Assembly: GCA_963849825.1 (NCBI GenBank)
Contig: CAWKIK010000003.1
Location: forward strand, 361,397-425,396
DNA from: an uncultured Gammaproteobacteria bacterium
GTDB lineage: Bacteria; Pseudomonadota; Gammaproteobacteria; JASBUN01
Reading direction: 5' to 3'
DNA: 64,000 nucleotides
Positions within the stretch are counted from its first letter, which is position 1; each line of letters starts with the position of its first letter. Made by a program: the position numbers and the translations under genes. Shown here in pieces: positions 30,149 through 40,937 of this stretch. Below the pieces are notes generated by a model. That model ran no database searches, had not been told where the DNA came from, and saw nothing but the letters and a program-made list of their open reading frames with translations.

Positions 30149-32698
30149 TTGAGCTGGGGAATGCACAATAGTCTGCGAACCCGCTACGCAACGGTCGCGA
30201 TGTTGCTGAGCCTGCTGGTATTGGCAGGCGCGTTCCTGGCCAATGAAAACGTCAGCGGCGCCCGCAATCAGACCTCCGCCAACATCGAGTCGCGCAAGCA
30301 GGTTTTGCAGCTTACCCGCTACATCCGAGATGCGGTGTGGCGAGCCAGACAATCCCTGGAAAGTTTTTTGCTCGAGCCCTCGCTGACCCGGCACGGCAAT
30401 CGCGTGCATGAATATCTGGGCCAGGCCCTGACCTATACCGCCGCGCTCAGCCAGGCGACCTGGGTGCGCGATCACCAACAGAACCGGGCGCTGGCGGATT
30501 TGAGCGAATCTCTGCGGCAGTTGGACAAGGCCGCCGACGCATTGATCGAAACCCGCCTGCACGCCATTCAGCAATATCCGGCACTCGGGGTGGCTCGCGA
30601 CCCCATGCTCGAGCAGAACCGGATCTTCCATACCGCCGTGTCGTTGGCAATGGAGGAAGTTCTCAGCAACAAAGACGCATATCGGGGCGATGTCTACGCG
30701 GCGCTGGTCCAGACCCGCCACATGTGGGCCCAAATGATCGCCACTTTCCGCATGTACCTGGCCAACCGCCTGGGTTCTTTCGATATCGACTCACTGCCAG
30801 GCCAGGAACATGACATCGGGCTGCAACTGGAAGAAATCGAACGCCAGTTCGCGTTCCTGAGCCGGGAGCAAGCAGCGGGTCGGCTGGGCTTTGTCACCGA
30901 GCAATCGTTGCACGACATGCGCGCCGCGACACTGATCTGGAAACAAGCGTTCGCGGAAGTGAAACGCATTCACCACACCAACGCCTGGCGCGCCGACGCC
31001 AAGATCGTCAACGAGCAAATCGATCCGCTCCTGGACAAGACGTGGAATATATTGCTGAGCTTCGACACCGCCATCGAGTTATCGGCGGCGACCGACGTCA
31101 AATCGCTCAACGAAGTGGCACAATCCCAGTCACGCCTGCTCTGGTCGTTGACTATGACGGCGCTGCTGTTCATCGCCGTCGGCTTCTTTGCCTTGGAGCG
31201 CTGGATTCTCAAGCCGATTGCAATCGTAGCCGAGGCACTGAAAGCGGAAGCCAGCGGCCACGGCGCGACCCGCGCCTTGCCGGCGGCGAATTCCGAGGAA
31301 ACCCGCAATCTGGTGGAAGCGTTCACTGAAATGCGCCGGCAAGTGCACAGCCGGCAGGTGGCGCTGGAACATCAGGCGCTGCACGATGCACTCACCCTGC
31401 TGCCGAACCGCACGCTGTTGCTCGACCGCCTGCAACACGCGATCACAACCGCGCAGCGCGAACAATCCAATCTCGCGCTGCTGATGATGGATCTGGATCG
31501 ATTCAAGGAAATCAACGACACCCTCGGACATCAGATCGGCGATCGCCTGCTGCAGGAAGTGGGACGACGGTTGCTGGACACGGTGCGCGAGAGCGATACC
31601 GTGGCGCGGCTGGGAGGCGACGAATTTGCGCTGGTGCTGAACGGCGCCGATGCCGAGCAGGCGCGCCGAATCGCGAGCAAAACTCTCGATATGCTTGAAG
31701 ACGTATTCCGGATCGAAGGAAATCACCTCTATGTCGGCGCCAGCCTTGGCATCGCGGTCTTCCCGCAGCACGGCGCCAGCGCCCAAACCTTGATCCAGCG
31801 CGCTGATGTGGCAATGTACGTCGCCAAGCGCAACAAGCTGCGCCAAAGCCTATACGATCCGAATCAGGATCAACACAGTGTCGGTCGCTTGTCGTTGATG
31901 ACGGATCTGCGTGAGGCCATCGACGAGGGGGCGCTGGAGCTGCACTATCAACCGCTGCTCGATATCGGCAGCACCCTGGTCACCGGCTTCGAAGCGCTGT
32001 TGCGCTGGCACCATCCGAAGTTCGGCAAGATCGCGCCCGACGAAATCATCCCGCTTGCCGAGCAGACCGGGCTGATACAACCGTTGACGCACTGGGTCTT
32101 GGAACACGCGATCAAAACCTGCGCTGCATGGCGCCACGAATACCCGGATCTGGGTATAGCAGTGAATTTGTCCGCCCACAATCTGCAGGACGCTCGCTTG
32201 CTGGAACACCTGTCGATCTATCTCGAACGTCATGATTTGCCGGCGCAGTTCCTGACCCTGGAACTGACCGAAAGCGCGATGATGGCGGATCCGGAAGACG
32301 GTCTGCGAATTTTGAATGAGATCGACGCCAAGGGCATCGCCATCGCCGTGGATGATTTCGGCACCGGCTTCTCTTCTCTGGCCTATCTAAAACAATTGCC
32401 GGTCGACAAGCTCAAAATCGACAAGTCCTTCGTGAGGCAAATGTGCCAGGATGATAACGATGCCGTGATCGTTCGCTCCACCATCGATCTGGCCCATAAC
32501 CTGGGTTTGCGCGTGGTTGCCGAAGGCGTCGAAGACCGGGAAACCTGGGACCTGTTGCAGATACTGCGCTGTGACGAGGCCCAGGGTTATCATATGAGCC
32601 CACCGATGGCCGAGGATGCCGTGCGGGATTGGTTGCCAGCCCACTATCTTGGCACGTCCCGCAAGGTCTGCCCGATCCGCCCCCACGCGGTCGAGTGA
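30149..32698 (+). CDS. Membrane sensor with a large periplasmic/extracytoplasmic domain - HAMP - GGDEF - EAL
   Basis: The TTG start has AGGAG 10 nt upstream. GGDEF with an I-site ([14 protein letters not shown]). EAL motifs are FEALLRW and DDFGTGFSSL. Confidence 0.85.
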   Translation: MSWGMHNSLRTRYATVAMLLSLLVLAGAFLANENVSGARNQTSANIESRKQVLQLTRYIRDAVWRARQSLESFLLEPSLTRHGNRVHEYLGQALTYTAALSQATWVRDHQQNRALADLSESLRQLDKAADALIETRLHAIQQYPALGVARDPMLEQNRIFHTAVSLAMEEVLSNKDAYRGDVYAALVQTRHMWAQMIATFRMYLANRLGSFDIDSLPGQEHDIGLQLEEIERQFAFLSREQAAGRLGFVTEQSLHDMRAATLIWKQAFAEVKRIHHTNAWRADAKIVNEQIDPLLDKTWNILLSFDTAIELSAATDVKSLNEVAQSQSRLLWSLTMTALLFIAVGFFALERWILKPIAIVAEALKAEASGHGATRALPAANSEETRNLVEAFTEMRRQVHSRQVALEHQALHDALTLLPNRTLLLDRLQHAITTAQREQSNLALLMMDLDRFKEINDTLGHQIGDRLLQEVGRRLLDTVRESDTVARLGGDEFALVLNGADAEQARRIASKTLDMLEDVFRIEGNHLYVGASLGIAVFPQHGASAQTLIQRADVAMYVAKRNKLRQSLYDPNQDQHSVGRLSLMTDLREAIDEGALELHYQPLLDIGSTLVTGFEALLRWHHPKFGKIAPDEIIPLAEQTGLIQPLTHWVLEHAIKTCAAWRHEYPDLGIAVNLSAHNLQDARLLEHLSIYLERHDLPAQFLTLELTESAMMADPEDGLRILNEIDAKGIAIAVDDFGTGFSSLAYLKQLPVDKLKIDKSFVRQMCQDDNDAVIVRSTIDLAHNLGLRVVAEGVEDRETWDLLQILRCDEAQGYHMSPPMAEDAVRDWLPAHYLGTSRKVCPIRPHAVE

Positions 32699-32745
32699 TC
32701 CCGGCGAAGACAAATCACAGCCGTCCTCGACGGCGGGCTTGGAAA

Positions 32746-33306
32746 ATGAAATATTGCAGTCAGTGTGCAGGCCCATTGACCGTGCGGGTGCCCGAGGGCG
32801 ACAACCTACCGCGTCACGTCTGCGACCGTTGCGGCGCGGTTCACTACCAGAATCCGAAGATCGTCGCCGGATGCATCCCCGAATGGGACGATCGGATTCT
32901 TCTGTGCCGTCGCGCCATCGAACCTCGTTACGGACTCTGGACGTTGCCCGCAGGCTTCATGGAAAACGGCGAGACCACCGCTGAAGGCGCGGCCCGCGAA
33001 ACGCTGGAGGAAGCCAATGCCCAGGTCGAAATCTGCAGCCTGTACGCTTTGTTCAACATTCCTCACATCAGCCAAGTCTATCTCATGTTCCGCGCCCGGC
33101 TGCTGAATGAGCGATTCGGCCCCGGCAGCGAGAGCCTGGAAGTGGAGCTCTTCGGTGAAGCGGATATTCCCTGGCTGGAATTGGCGTTCCCGGTCGTTCG
33201 CGAGACATTGCGGCGCTATTTCGAAGATCGACGCCGCGGCGAGTATCCGTTGCAGATCGGCGATATCACCCCCGATATGAAACAGCGCATGGGACGGCCC
33301 TGGTAG
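32746..33306 (+). CDS. NUDIX hydrolase with an N-terminal zinc ribbon
   Basis: CSQC ... CDRC ribbon and the Nudix box GFMENGETTAEGAARETLEEANA. Confidence 0.8.
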   Translation: MKYCSQCAGPLTVRVPEGDNLPRHVCDRCGAVHYQNPKIVAGCIPEWDDRILLCRRAIEPRYGLWTLPAGFMENGETTAEGAARETLEEANAQVEICSLYALFNIPHISQVYLMFRARLLNERFGPGSESLEVELFGEADIPWLELAFPVVRETLRRYFEDRRRGEYPLQIGDITPDMKQRMGRPW

Positions 33307-33319
33307 AACGGATCCGAAC

Positions 33320-34522
33320 CTATTCCGCCGGCAGCGGCCGCACCCGCCCGGCGCACTGCTTGGCGCGCTCCCGCGCCGCAGCCGCATCCACGCCCGTAGC
33401 CAGCGCCACGCCCATGCGCCGACGTGCAAGAGCCTCTGGCTTGCCGAACAGGCGCAAATCGCTTCCCGGCACGCGCAGCGCCTCGTCTACGCCTTCATAG
33501 ACGATGCCGCGCCCGTCGACGCCGCCGTAGATCACAGCGCTGGCACCCGGCTGGCGCAGCCCAACATCCACCGGCAAGCCCAGCACAGCGCGCGCATGCA
33601 GTTCGAACTCGCTTTGCACCTGGCTGCAGAGCGTCACGAGCCCGGTGTCGTGGGGCCGCGGACTGACTTCGCTGAACCATACCCGGTCGCCGCGGACAAA
33701 AAGTTCGACGCCGAAAATCCCCCGGCCACCGAGATTGGCGGTTATAGCACCCGCCACCTCCCGGGCGCGCTTGAGCGCGGTCGGACTCATGGCTTGTGGC
33801 TGCCAGCTCTCGACGTAGTCGCCACGCACCTGCACATGACCGATGGGCTCGCAGAAATGCGTCTCCGCCTCACCGTCAGCGCCCAATGCGCGCACGGTGA
33901 GCTGGGTGATCTCATAATCGAACTCCACCATTTCCTCTGCGATCACGCGGCCGCGGTTGACCCGGCCGCCGCTCATGGCATGGCTCCACGCCCTGTCGAT
34001 ATCGGCCGGCTCGCGGACGGTGGACTGACCCTTGCCCGAAGAAGACATAACCGGTTTTACGATACACGGGTAGCCGATGCCGCCGTCGATCGCCATGCGC
34101 AACTGCTCGACACTGTCGGCGAAAGCGTAACGCGATGTCGGCAATTCCAGCTCCTCGGCCGCCAAGCGGCGTATGCCTTCGCGGTTCATGGTCAGTTGCA
34201 CCGCACGCGCAGTCGGCACGACTTCGGCAATGCCTTGTTCGTCAATCTCCGCCAGCGCATCGGTGGCGATCGCCTCGATTTCGGGCACCACGATGAGGGG
34301 CTTCTCACGCTCGATCAGCGCCCGCAGCGCCTCGCCATCTGTCATGTCGATGACGTGCGCCCGGTGTGCAACCTGGTGGCCGGGCGCCCCGGCGTAACGG
34401 TCGACGCCGATGACTTCGACACCGAACCGTTGCAGGGAGATGATGACTTCCTTTCCCAGTTCGCCGCAGCCGAGCAACATCACGCGCGTGGCGGACGGAG
34501 ATAGGGGTGTTCCAATTCGCAT
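33320..34522 (-). CDS. purT: Formate-dependent phosphoribosylglycinamide formyltransferase (GAR transformylase 2)
   Basis: 400 aa with the ATP-grasp pattern [14 protein letters not shown] ... VVPEIEAI ... [16 protein letters not shown]. Confidence 0.9.
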   Translation of the reverse strand: MRIGTPLSPSATRVMLLGCGELGKEVIISLQRFGVEVIGVDRYAGAPGHQVAHRAHVIDMTDGEALRALIEREKPLIVVPEIEAIATDALAEIDEQGIAEVVPTARAVQLTMNREGIRRLAAEELELPTSRYAFADSVEQLRMAIDGGIGYPCIVKPVMSSSGKGQSTVREPADIDRAWSHAMSGGRVNRGRVIAEEMVEFDYEITQLTVRALGADGEAETHFCEPIGHVQVRGDYVESWQPQAMSPTALKRAREVAGAITANLGGRGIFGVELFVRGDRVWFSEVSPRPHDTGLVTLCSQVQSEFELHARAVLGLPVDVGLRQPGASAVIYGGVDGRGIVYEGVDEALRVPGSDLRLFGKPEALARRRMGVALATGVDAAAARERAKQCAGRVRPLPAE

Positions 34523-34555
34523 CGGTGTTCCAATCGCAATCGGTAGGCAGGCTCG

Positions 34556-35611
34556 TCAGTAGCGCTCGATGTGATCCACGAACAACCGTTCTTCAGGCAA
34601 CCCGTGGTCGGTCAGGATGACCTTCGCCGCAGCGAGGATGGATCGGGGCCCGCTTGCGTACATGTCAAAATCGCTCAAATCCGGGTAGTCCGCGGTGACA
34701 CGCGCGCCAGCGAGGGCCATCGCCCGTTCCGCCGCGGGCAACTGCAAGATTTCGTCTGCCGACTGCTGGGAAACACTGGCGTCGCCCGCGTGATCGACTT
34801 GCGCCATCACCGGCGTAAACGCAAAGTCGTCCAGCGCGTCCTGCCAGGAACGGCAATAGTTGGCCGAGTAGTGGTCGGATTCGTCGCGAGCCACCCAGTA
34901 CAGATGCATGTGTTGCGGTTTTTCCAGCGCGATGGCGTGTTCGATCAAACTCTTGATGGACGCGAAACCGGTTTCGTAGGCGAGATAGATGATCGGTCGG
35001 CGCGAATCCTCGTCGAGCGTGAAATGACCGAATGGCCCTTCTATTTCAACTTTGTCCCGGGTCTTGAGATCGCCGAATACGTATTGGGAGAAAGGATCGT
35101 CTGGCACATTGCGGACATGAAATTGCAGGAACATGCCATTGCAGGGACAACTGGCAATGGATTTGTTGCGCGGCGCGAGACCGTCGATACGCAACGTGGC
35201 GTGCTGACCGGCCAGGAAGCGCAGCGTACGGCTTCTCGGCGTGCGCAAATGCAGTACCGTGACATCCGCGACCGGCTGCTCGATCTTGTACACCGTCGTA
35301 GTCAAGGTTTCGGGTGTAATATCCGCGGGACTACCCGCTTCGTGGGCTTCGATCAGCAGATCTTCGTTCGTCTTCGCACAACACAACAAGACGGTGCCGC
35401 GCTCCCGTTCGGACTGCTTGATCACGTAGTCGTGGGGCAGTTCCTCGCTCAAGCTGCCCGATACCAGCCTCGCGCGGCAGTCGCCACACGTGCCGTTGCT
35501 GCAGTTGTAATTGATCGATACACCTGATCGCAGCGCCGCTTCCAGCACAGTCTCACCGGACTCGACGAAAAACTCCTTGCCGCTCGGCTGCAACCTGACT
35601 CTGGCGGTCAT
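34556..35611 (-). CDS. Plant-type 2Fe-2S ferredoxin domain fused to an FNR-like FAD/NAD(P)-binding reductase
   Basis: N-terminal [13 protein letters not shown] ... LLCC cluster ligands, followed by a flavin-binding beta-barrel and a nucleotide-binding domain. The start overlaps the ygiQ stop (ATGA). Confidence 0.8.
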   Translation of the reverse strand: MTARVRLQPSGKEFFVESGETVLEAALRSGVSINYNCSNGTCGDCRARLVSGSLSEELPHDYVIKQSERERGTVLLCCAKTNEDLLIEAHEAGSPADITPETLTTTVYKIEQPVADVTVLHLRTPRSRTLRFLAGQHATLRIDGLAPRNKSIASCPCNGMFLQFHVRNVPDDPFSQYVFGDLKTRDKVEIEGPFGHFTLDEDSRRPIIYLAYETGFASIKSLIEHAIALEKPQHMHLYWVARDESDHYSANYCRSWQDALDDFAFTPVMAQVDHAGDASVSQQSADEILQLPAAERAMALAGARVTADYPDLSDFDMYASGPRSILAAAKVILTDHGLPEERLFVDHIERY

Positions 35612-37809
35612 GTTCCGCGTCGGCGCCGGCCGCCGCCGTTGGACTTCGATCCTGGACTTGGTTGTTTCTTGCCGCTCAAACGCTTACCGTCGGCAGTGGG
35701 CGGCAAACCCGTGTGTTGGGTAAGAAACGTCTTGCCGGGCGCCGGCTTTTGCCGCTCCCGGCGTGCGGTGCCAGGAGGCTGGAAGCGCGGTACCAGATGC
35801 CGTTTGCCGTTACCGATGAGATCGGCGCGCCCCATACGCTTGAGCGCATCGCGCAGCAGCGGCCAGTTATCGGGATCGTGATAGCGCAGGAATGCCTTGT
35901 GCAGTCGCCGCACCCGCAAGCCGCGCGGCACGGCCACCGACTCTCCGTTACGCCGCACCCGTCGCAACGGATTGGTACCGGAATGGTACATCGCCGTCGC
36001 AGTCGCCATGGGCGAAGGCAGGAACGTCTGCACCTGGTCGGCGCGAAAGCCGTTGCGCTTCAACCAGAGCGCCAGATTCAGCATGTCCTCATCGCGGGTT
36101 CCGGGGTGGGCGGCGATGAAATATGGGATCAGATACTGCTGCTTGCCGGCTTCGCGGGAGAATTTGTCGAACAGCTCCTTGAATCGGTCGTAGGCGCCCA
36201 TGCCGGGCTTCATCATTTTCGTCAACGGGCCTTGTTCGGTATGTTCCGGCGCGATTTTCAAATACCCGCCGACATGATGGGTCACCAGTTCCTTGACATA
36301 CTCCGGCGATCGGATCGCCAGGTCGTATCGCAGGCCGGAGGCGACCAGAATCTTTTTCACGCCGGGAAGTGCCCGCGCCCGCCGATACAAGCCGATCAGC
36401 GCCGAATGGTCGGTACCGAGGTTGTTGCAGATATCGGGATATACGCAGGAAGGCCGCCGACATGCGCGTTCGACTTTGGGATCTTTGCAAGCCAGACGGT
36501 ACATGTTCGCAGTGGGTCCGCCGACATCGGAGATCACCCCGGTAAATCCCGGCACCGAGTCGCGGATGGTTTCGATTTCGCGAATCACGGAATCTTCCGA
36601 CCGGCTTTGAATGACACGTCCCTCGTGTTCGGTTATGGAACAGAAGGTGCAGCCGCCGAAACAACCCCGCATGATGTTCACCGAAAAACGGATCATTTCG
36701 TACGCAGGAATGCGCGCGTCGGCGTAGCTGCTATGGGGCCGGCGCGTATAAGGCAATTCGAACACGCCATCGAGTTCCTTGGTGCTCAGCGGTATCGGCG
36801 GCGGATTGATCCACACGTCGCGATCGCCGTGGCGCTGCACCAGCGCCCGGGCGTTGCCAGGATTGGTTTCCAGATGCAGCACACGGGAGGCATGGGCATA
36901 AAGCACCGGATCATCGCGCACGGCCTCAAAGCTCGGCATGCGAATTACGGTGCGGGCGGGATCCCGCTTCGGCACCCGGCGCTGGAAACGCACGGCGGTC
37001 CCGCCGCCCGGCTCCGCCGCCGCGTCGGAGGCCGGAGTACAGTCCGCCTGGGGCGCGGCGGCCGCATAGGGATCGGGGCGGGACGACATCGGTCCGGGCA
37101 GGTCGATGTCGCTGGAATCCATCTCCTCCCAGCCTTCGGGCAACGACCGTACCAAAGCGGTCCCACGCAGATCCTGGAGGTCCGCGACGCTTTCGCCGGC
37201 GGCAAGTCGGTGTGCAATTTCGACTACCTGGCGTTCGCCGTTGCCGTACACCAGCAGATCCGCCTTGGCGTCGAGCAGCACCGAGCGACGCACTTTATCG
37301 GCCCAATAGTCGTAGTGGGCGATACGGCGCAAACTGGCTTCGATGCCGCCGATGATCACCGGCACGGTTTTGAAGGCTTCACGACAACGCTGGCTGTATA
37401 CAACCACGGATCGGTCTGGGCGACGACCGCCCGCGCCGCCCGGCGTATAGGCGTCATCCGATCTGCGTTTGCGATCCGCAGTGTAGCGGTTGACCATCGA
37501 ATCCATGTTGCCGGCGGTGACGCCGAAAAACAGGTTCGGTGCGCCGAGGACCCGGAAATCGTGGGCGGATCGCCAATCCGGCTGGGCGATGATCCCGACC
37601 CGGAAACCCTGCGCTTCGAGCACGCGCCCAATCACGGCCATGCCGAAGCTGGGATGATCGACGTAGGCATCTCCGGTCACCAGGACGATGTCGCAGGAGT
37701 CCCAACCGAGCGCGTCCATCTCCGCCTTCGATGTGGGCAGTTCCGGGGCGGGGCCGAATCGATGGGCCCAGAATTTGCGGTGGGAAAACAGTTCGGTGGC
37801 GCGGAGCAT
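35608..37809 (-). CDS. ygiQ: YgiQ-family radical SAM protein
   Basis: N-terminal [17 protein letters not shown] and the radical SAM cluster motif CFGGCTFCS. The C-terminal tail is basic. The start was chosen at MLRATELF. Confidence 0.85.
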   Translation of the reverse strand: MLRATELFSHRKFWAHRFGPAPELPTSKAEMDALGWDSCDIVLVTGDAYVDHPSFGMAVIGRVLEAQGFRVGIIAQPDWRSAHDFRVLGAPNLFFGVTAGNMDSMVNRYTADRKRRSDDAYTPGGAGGRRPDRSVVVYSQRCREAFKTVPVIIGGIEASLRRIAHYDYWADKVRRSVLLDAKADLLVYGNGERQVVEIAHRLAAGESVADLQDLRGTALVRSLPEGWEEMDSSDIDLPGPMSSRPDPYAAAAPQADCTPASDAAAEPGGGTAVRFQRRVPKRDPARTVIRMPSFEAVRDDPVLYAHASRVLHLETNPGNARALVQRHGDRDVWINPPPIPLSTKELDGVFELPYTRRPHSSYADARIPAYEMIRFSVNIMRGCFGGCTFCSITEHEGRVIQSRSEDSVIREIETIRDSVPGFTGVISDVGGPTANMYRLACKDPKVERACRRPSCVYPDICNNLGTDHSALIGLYRRARALPGVKKILVASGLRYDLAIRSPEYVKELVTHHVGGYLKIAPEHTEQGPLTKMMKPGMGAYDRFKELFDKFSREAGKQQYLIPYFIAAHPGTRDEDMLNLALWLKRNGFRADQVQTFLPSPMATATAMYHSGTNPLRRVRRNGESVAVPRGLRVRRLHKAFLRYHDPDNWPLLRDALKRMGRADLIGNGKRHLVPRFQPPGTARRERQKPAPGKTFLTQHTGLPPTADGKRLSGKKQPSPGSKSNGGGRRRRGT

Positions 37810-37947
37810 GATTTTGGATCTCGGGGAACGGCTGCGGGAAAAGCCGAAAAACGTGCCGAAGTATATCAGCTCCCGGCTGCGACCCCTACCCACCGCCGGA
37901 TACCGCGCAGCTTGTGTTCTTTTGCCGGCGGCGTCATTCTGAACGCC

Positions 37948-38154
37948 ATGCAACCCCACGAAATCGAAGTCATTCGCCGACGGCTGGCGGCGCTACGAGT
38001 CGAGCATCGGGATCTCGACAGCGCGATCACGAGCCTGGAATCGGCGGCTTATATTGATCAGCTGCAATTGCGGCGGCTGAAGAAGCGCAAGCTCTATCTC
38101 AAAGACCTCATCGAGCGTCTGGAAAGCAAACTCATTCCCGACCTCAACGCCTGA
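37948..38154 (+). CDS. DUF465 (YdcH-like) small coiled-coil protein
   Basis: This is the last 68 codons of an otherwise antisense 830-aa ORF. The pattern is HRDLDSAI ... [15 protein letters not shown]. Confidence 0.7.
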   Translation: MQPHEIEVIRRRLAALRVEHRDLDSAITSLESAAYIDQLQLRRLKKRKLYLKDLIERLESKLIPDLNA

Positions 38155-38328
38155 CCAGCCGCCCCACCTGCACCGCGCGCGTGCAAATCAAAGCGCGTAC
38201 GCCCCGTTTCGGCGCCGTCGCCGATGAGCCTTTAACGTAACATCTTGTTTCCCAGCCGCGGGTGCTCGGCGACGCTTGGTCTAAAATCTGCTTGCTACGA
38301 CCCAATACGGAGTAGATGGAGGACTGCA

Positions 38329-38610
38329 ATGAGCGAACCCAAGGTCTACGGCGATCTTTTCGCCATGGTCCGTCCATGGGACCGCAAGCGGTTGCGCGAA
38401 TTCTTGAGTCATCCGTCCGAAACCGGATGGGACACTGTCCGGCGTCTGATCGTCATTCCCATGCCCCTTACCACTCTGGAAATGGCTGTGTGGCAGGTCA
38501 ATGTCCACGGTCAATGCGAACTTCCCGATCCATTTACCGTTTATCGCGCACTACGACACGCCCGCGACACGTATACTGCGTACTTGCGGGCATTGCGCGG
38601 ACCCGCATGA
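38329..38610 (+). CDS. Hypothetical protein (93 aa)
   Basis: ATG preceded by GGAGGA. The composition is globular-looking. I recognise no family. Confidence 0.4.
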   Translation: MSEPKVYGDLFAMVRPWDRKRLREFLSHPSETGWDTVRRLIVIPMPLTTLEMAVWQVNVHGQCELPDPFTVYRALRHARDTYTAYLRALRGPA

Positions 38611-38657
38611 AGAATGCATTCACCCCCAGCACATTCGAATACACGGAGGTTTTTTTC

Positions 38658-38978
38658 ATGAGCGACGTCCCCAACCCAGGGCAGCCCATTCCACCCAAGC
38701 GCAAGCGCGGCAAAGCGCCCTCACCCGCCAATGCGAAGCAACCGAAAAAAGCAGCGGCGAAGAGCAAGCCTGCCAGGGCGAAGGCCGACCAACCCAGGCT
38801 CTCGCAGACCGCCGAACCGTCGACCGCCACGAGGCGGGCCGCCGCCGAAGAACGGTGGCGGCTGATTGCGGAAACGGCATATCTTCGCGCGGAGCAACGA
38901 GGTTTCGAACACGGCGACCCGGTCAACGATTGGCTCGAAGCGGAGCGGGAGGTGGACGCGCGGCTCAAACGCGCTTGA
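38658..38978 (+). CDS. DUF2934 domain protein with a Lys/Ala/Pro-rich basic N-terminal tail
   Basis: GGAGG lies upstream. The C-terminus IAETAYLRAEQRGFEHGDPVNDWLEAEREV is the DUF2934 signature. The N-terminus contains PPKRKRGKAPSPANAKQPKKAAAKSKPARAK. Confidence 0.6.
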   Translation: MSDVPNPGQPIPPKRKRGKAPSPANAKQPKKAAAKSKPARAKADQPRLSQTAEPSTATRRAAAEERWRLIAETAYLRAEQRGFEHGDPVNDWLEAEREVDARLKRA

Positions 38979-39001
38979 GCGATCCAATGAACTCGGGCAA
39001 A

Positions 39002-40114
39002 TCAGGGTACGGCGTGACTCAGACCGCCGTGCCCGTTGTTCGCTTTTTTGTTGTACAACGCACGATCGACACTCGCGAGCAGTGTACCCAGATCCGTGCC
39101 ACCGCCCGGCGCTTCGCCCAGGCCGATCGAGGCGCTCAAAGGTAGATCGTTGGCTTTGGCCCAATCCTCGATGCGCTCGCGAATCCGTTCCGCCGCGGCA
39201 TTGGCCTGCTCCAGGTCGCTATCCACTAGAATCATGACGAACTCGTCGCCCCCATAGCGGGCCACCACATCTGAATCGCGCACGCTGGTGCGCAGGATAC
39301 GGGCCACCTCACACAACACCCGATCGCCCTCGGCATGTCCTCGGGTATCGTTGATCGCTTTGAATTTATCCAGATCGGCAAACATCACCACCAATTGTCT
39401 CGGGGCGCCGTTGCCTGGCTCCAAGAGCTTTTCGGCGGCGGCGAACAACGCTCTGCGATTGATCAGACCGGTAAGCGCGTCGAGACGGCTGCTTCGCTCC
39501 AGCATGCGCCTGCTGGCATCGACCCGGCTCATGAGGATATAGGCGTAGACCAGCACCAGTGCTGCGAACAGGTTCAGGAACAGCACCCCCGGATGCATCA
39601 AATGGATGTCGGCGGAATAGCGCAACGTGAGCACCACCAAAGCCGCAGCAAACGTCGCCAGCAGAGCCTCGGCAAAATAGCGCATGCCGTAACGCATCCC
39701 GTTCCCCAACACGATCAACATGTACACCAAGCTCGAAATGGGAGCGACGAATGGATCGGTCAGCACCGTCATGGATACGGCAACGACGTCACCCCACATG
39801 GTGATTCGCACCCGGCGCGGAGAGAACCGCACGCGCCGCGCACGCACGAACCAGAATGTCACCCAGCACATATAGAGCAGCAGGCCGCCGCTCACGAACC
39901 GCTGGCTGAGCCACGGCGAGGCATAGTCGAAGACGAAATTGAAATAGACGAGGCCGATGGAAGAGAAGACATAGCGGGTGATGAATTGAAGTCGCTGGTC
40001 CGCCCACCGAGGTTCATACCAGTGGTCGCAGAACAGTTCCGCACCCCGACGGCCGTCGGGTACATGAACGTCACCGCGTCGGCGACGGTAGGACGCAGCT
40101 CGAACGGTCGCCAC
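39002..40114 (-). CDS. Membrane-anchored diguanylate cyclase (multi-TM N-domain - GGDEF)
   Basis: About six predicted TM helices, then GGDEF with an I-site (RDSD-VVARY-GGDEF). Confidence 0.8.
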   Translation of the reverse strand: MATVRAASYRRRRGDVHVPDGRRGAELFCDHWYEPRWADQRLQFITRYVFSSIGLVYFNFVFDYASPWLSQRFVSGGLLLYMCWVTFWFVRARRVRFSPRRVRITMWGDVVAVSMTVLTDPFVAPISSLVYMLIVLGNGMRYGMRYFAEALLATFAAALVVLTLRYSADIHLMHPGVLFLNLFAALVLVYAYILMSRVDASRRMLERSSRLDALTGLINRRALFAAAEKLLEPGNGAPRQLVVMFADLDKFKAINDTRGHAEGDRVLCEVARILRTSVRDSDVVARYGGDEFVMILVDSDLEQANAAAERIRERIEDWAKANDLPLSASIGLGEAPGGGTDLGTLLASVDRALYNKKANNGHGGLSHAVP

Positions 40115-40287
40115 AAATAGGATCCTTCGCTACTTTCACGACTATCGGAGGCGTGCTCCGAGGCCGGCATCCACGCCAACCGTCGTCCAAGCATAACCCA
40201 GTTTTACGTATGTGAATACATTTCGGTATCAGCCGTGGTAAATATTCCGAGGTTATACTTTACAGTTTGCGCCAAGCGAGCGGAGCC

Positions 40288-40917
40288 ATGAGCCAAAAAG
40301 AGAAACGCAGCGACCCCGGACACTACGCCGAAAACCTCGACGCCGAGCCCGATGAAGTCTATGACCCGGAGTTCGAATCTCTGATCCGCAACGTGCTACT
40401 CAAGCTCGGCGAAGACCCCGAACGGGAAGGACTACGGCGCACACCTCTGCGCGTGGCCAAGGCACTGGATTTTCTCACCAGCGGCTATCAGATGTCCGTC
40501 GAGCAGGTGGTCCGGGGCGCGATCTTCGAAGAATCCTGCCAGGAACTGGTGCTGGTCAAGGATATCGAGTTCTACTCCATGTGCGAGCATCATGTGCTGC
40601 CCTTCTTCGGCAAAGCGCACGTCGCGTATCTGCCGAACGAAAAAATCATAGGGCTGAGCAAAGTGGCTCGCATCGTGGACGTCTTTGCCCGCCGCTTGCA
40701 AGTGCAGGAACGGCTCACCAACCAGATCGCGGATGCGTTGATGCAGATTCTCGAGCCCCACGGTGTGGCCGTGATCATGGAAGCGAGTCATTTTTGCATG
40801 ATGATGCGCGGTGTCCAGAAACAAAACAGCTCCACCGTCACCAGCGCCATGCGCGGCAGCCTGCGGGAGAATGCGCGCACCCGCAGCGAACTCCTGGACC
40901 TGCTCAGGAACCGTTGA
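40288..40917 (+). CDS. folE: GTP cyclohydrolase I
   Basis: [33 protein letters not shown] and HFCMMMRG blocks. The ATG at 40288 is preferred over the TTG at 40267. Confidence 0.9.
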   Translation: MSQKEKRSDPGHYAENLDAEPDEVYDPEFESLIRNVLLKLGEDPEREGLRRTPLRVAKALDFLTSGYQMSVEQVVRGAIFEESCQELVLVKDIEFYSMCEHHVLPFFGKAHVAYLPNEKIIGLSKVARIVDVFARRLQVQERLTNQIADALMQILEPHGVAVIMEASHFCMMMRGVQKQNSSTVTSAMRGSLRENARTRSELLDLLRNR

Positions 40918-40937
40918 TTCCCCCGTGGATCGCCAGA

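Noticed and set aside
35662-37947. 830-aa plus-strand ORF
   Set aside because: It runs antisense across the whole ygiQ gene. The composition is Arg/Gly/Ala/His-rich with no recognisable motifs, which is typical of shadow ORFs in GC-rich DNA. Only its last 68 codons (37948-38154, DUF465) look real.
40115-40287. THF-II (folE motif) or other riboswitch upstream of folE
   Set aside because: I could not see a conserved hairpin matching that motif. As far as I recall the motif is described mainly in Alphaproteobacteria. The region is adequately explained as a divergent promoter (TATACT -10-like hexamer).
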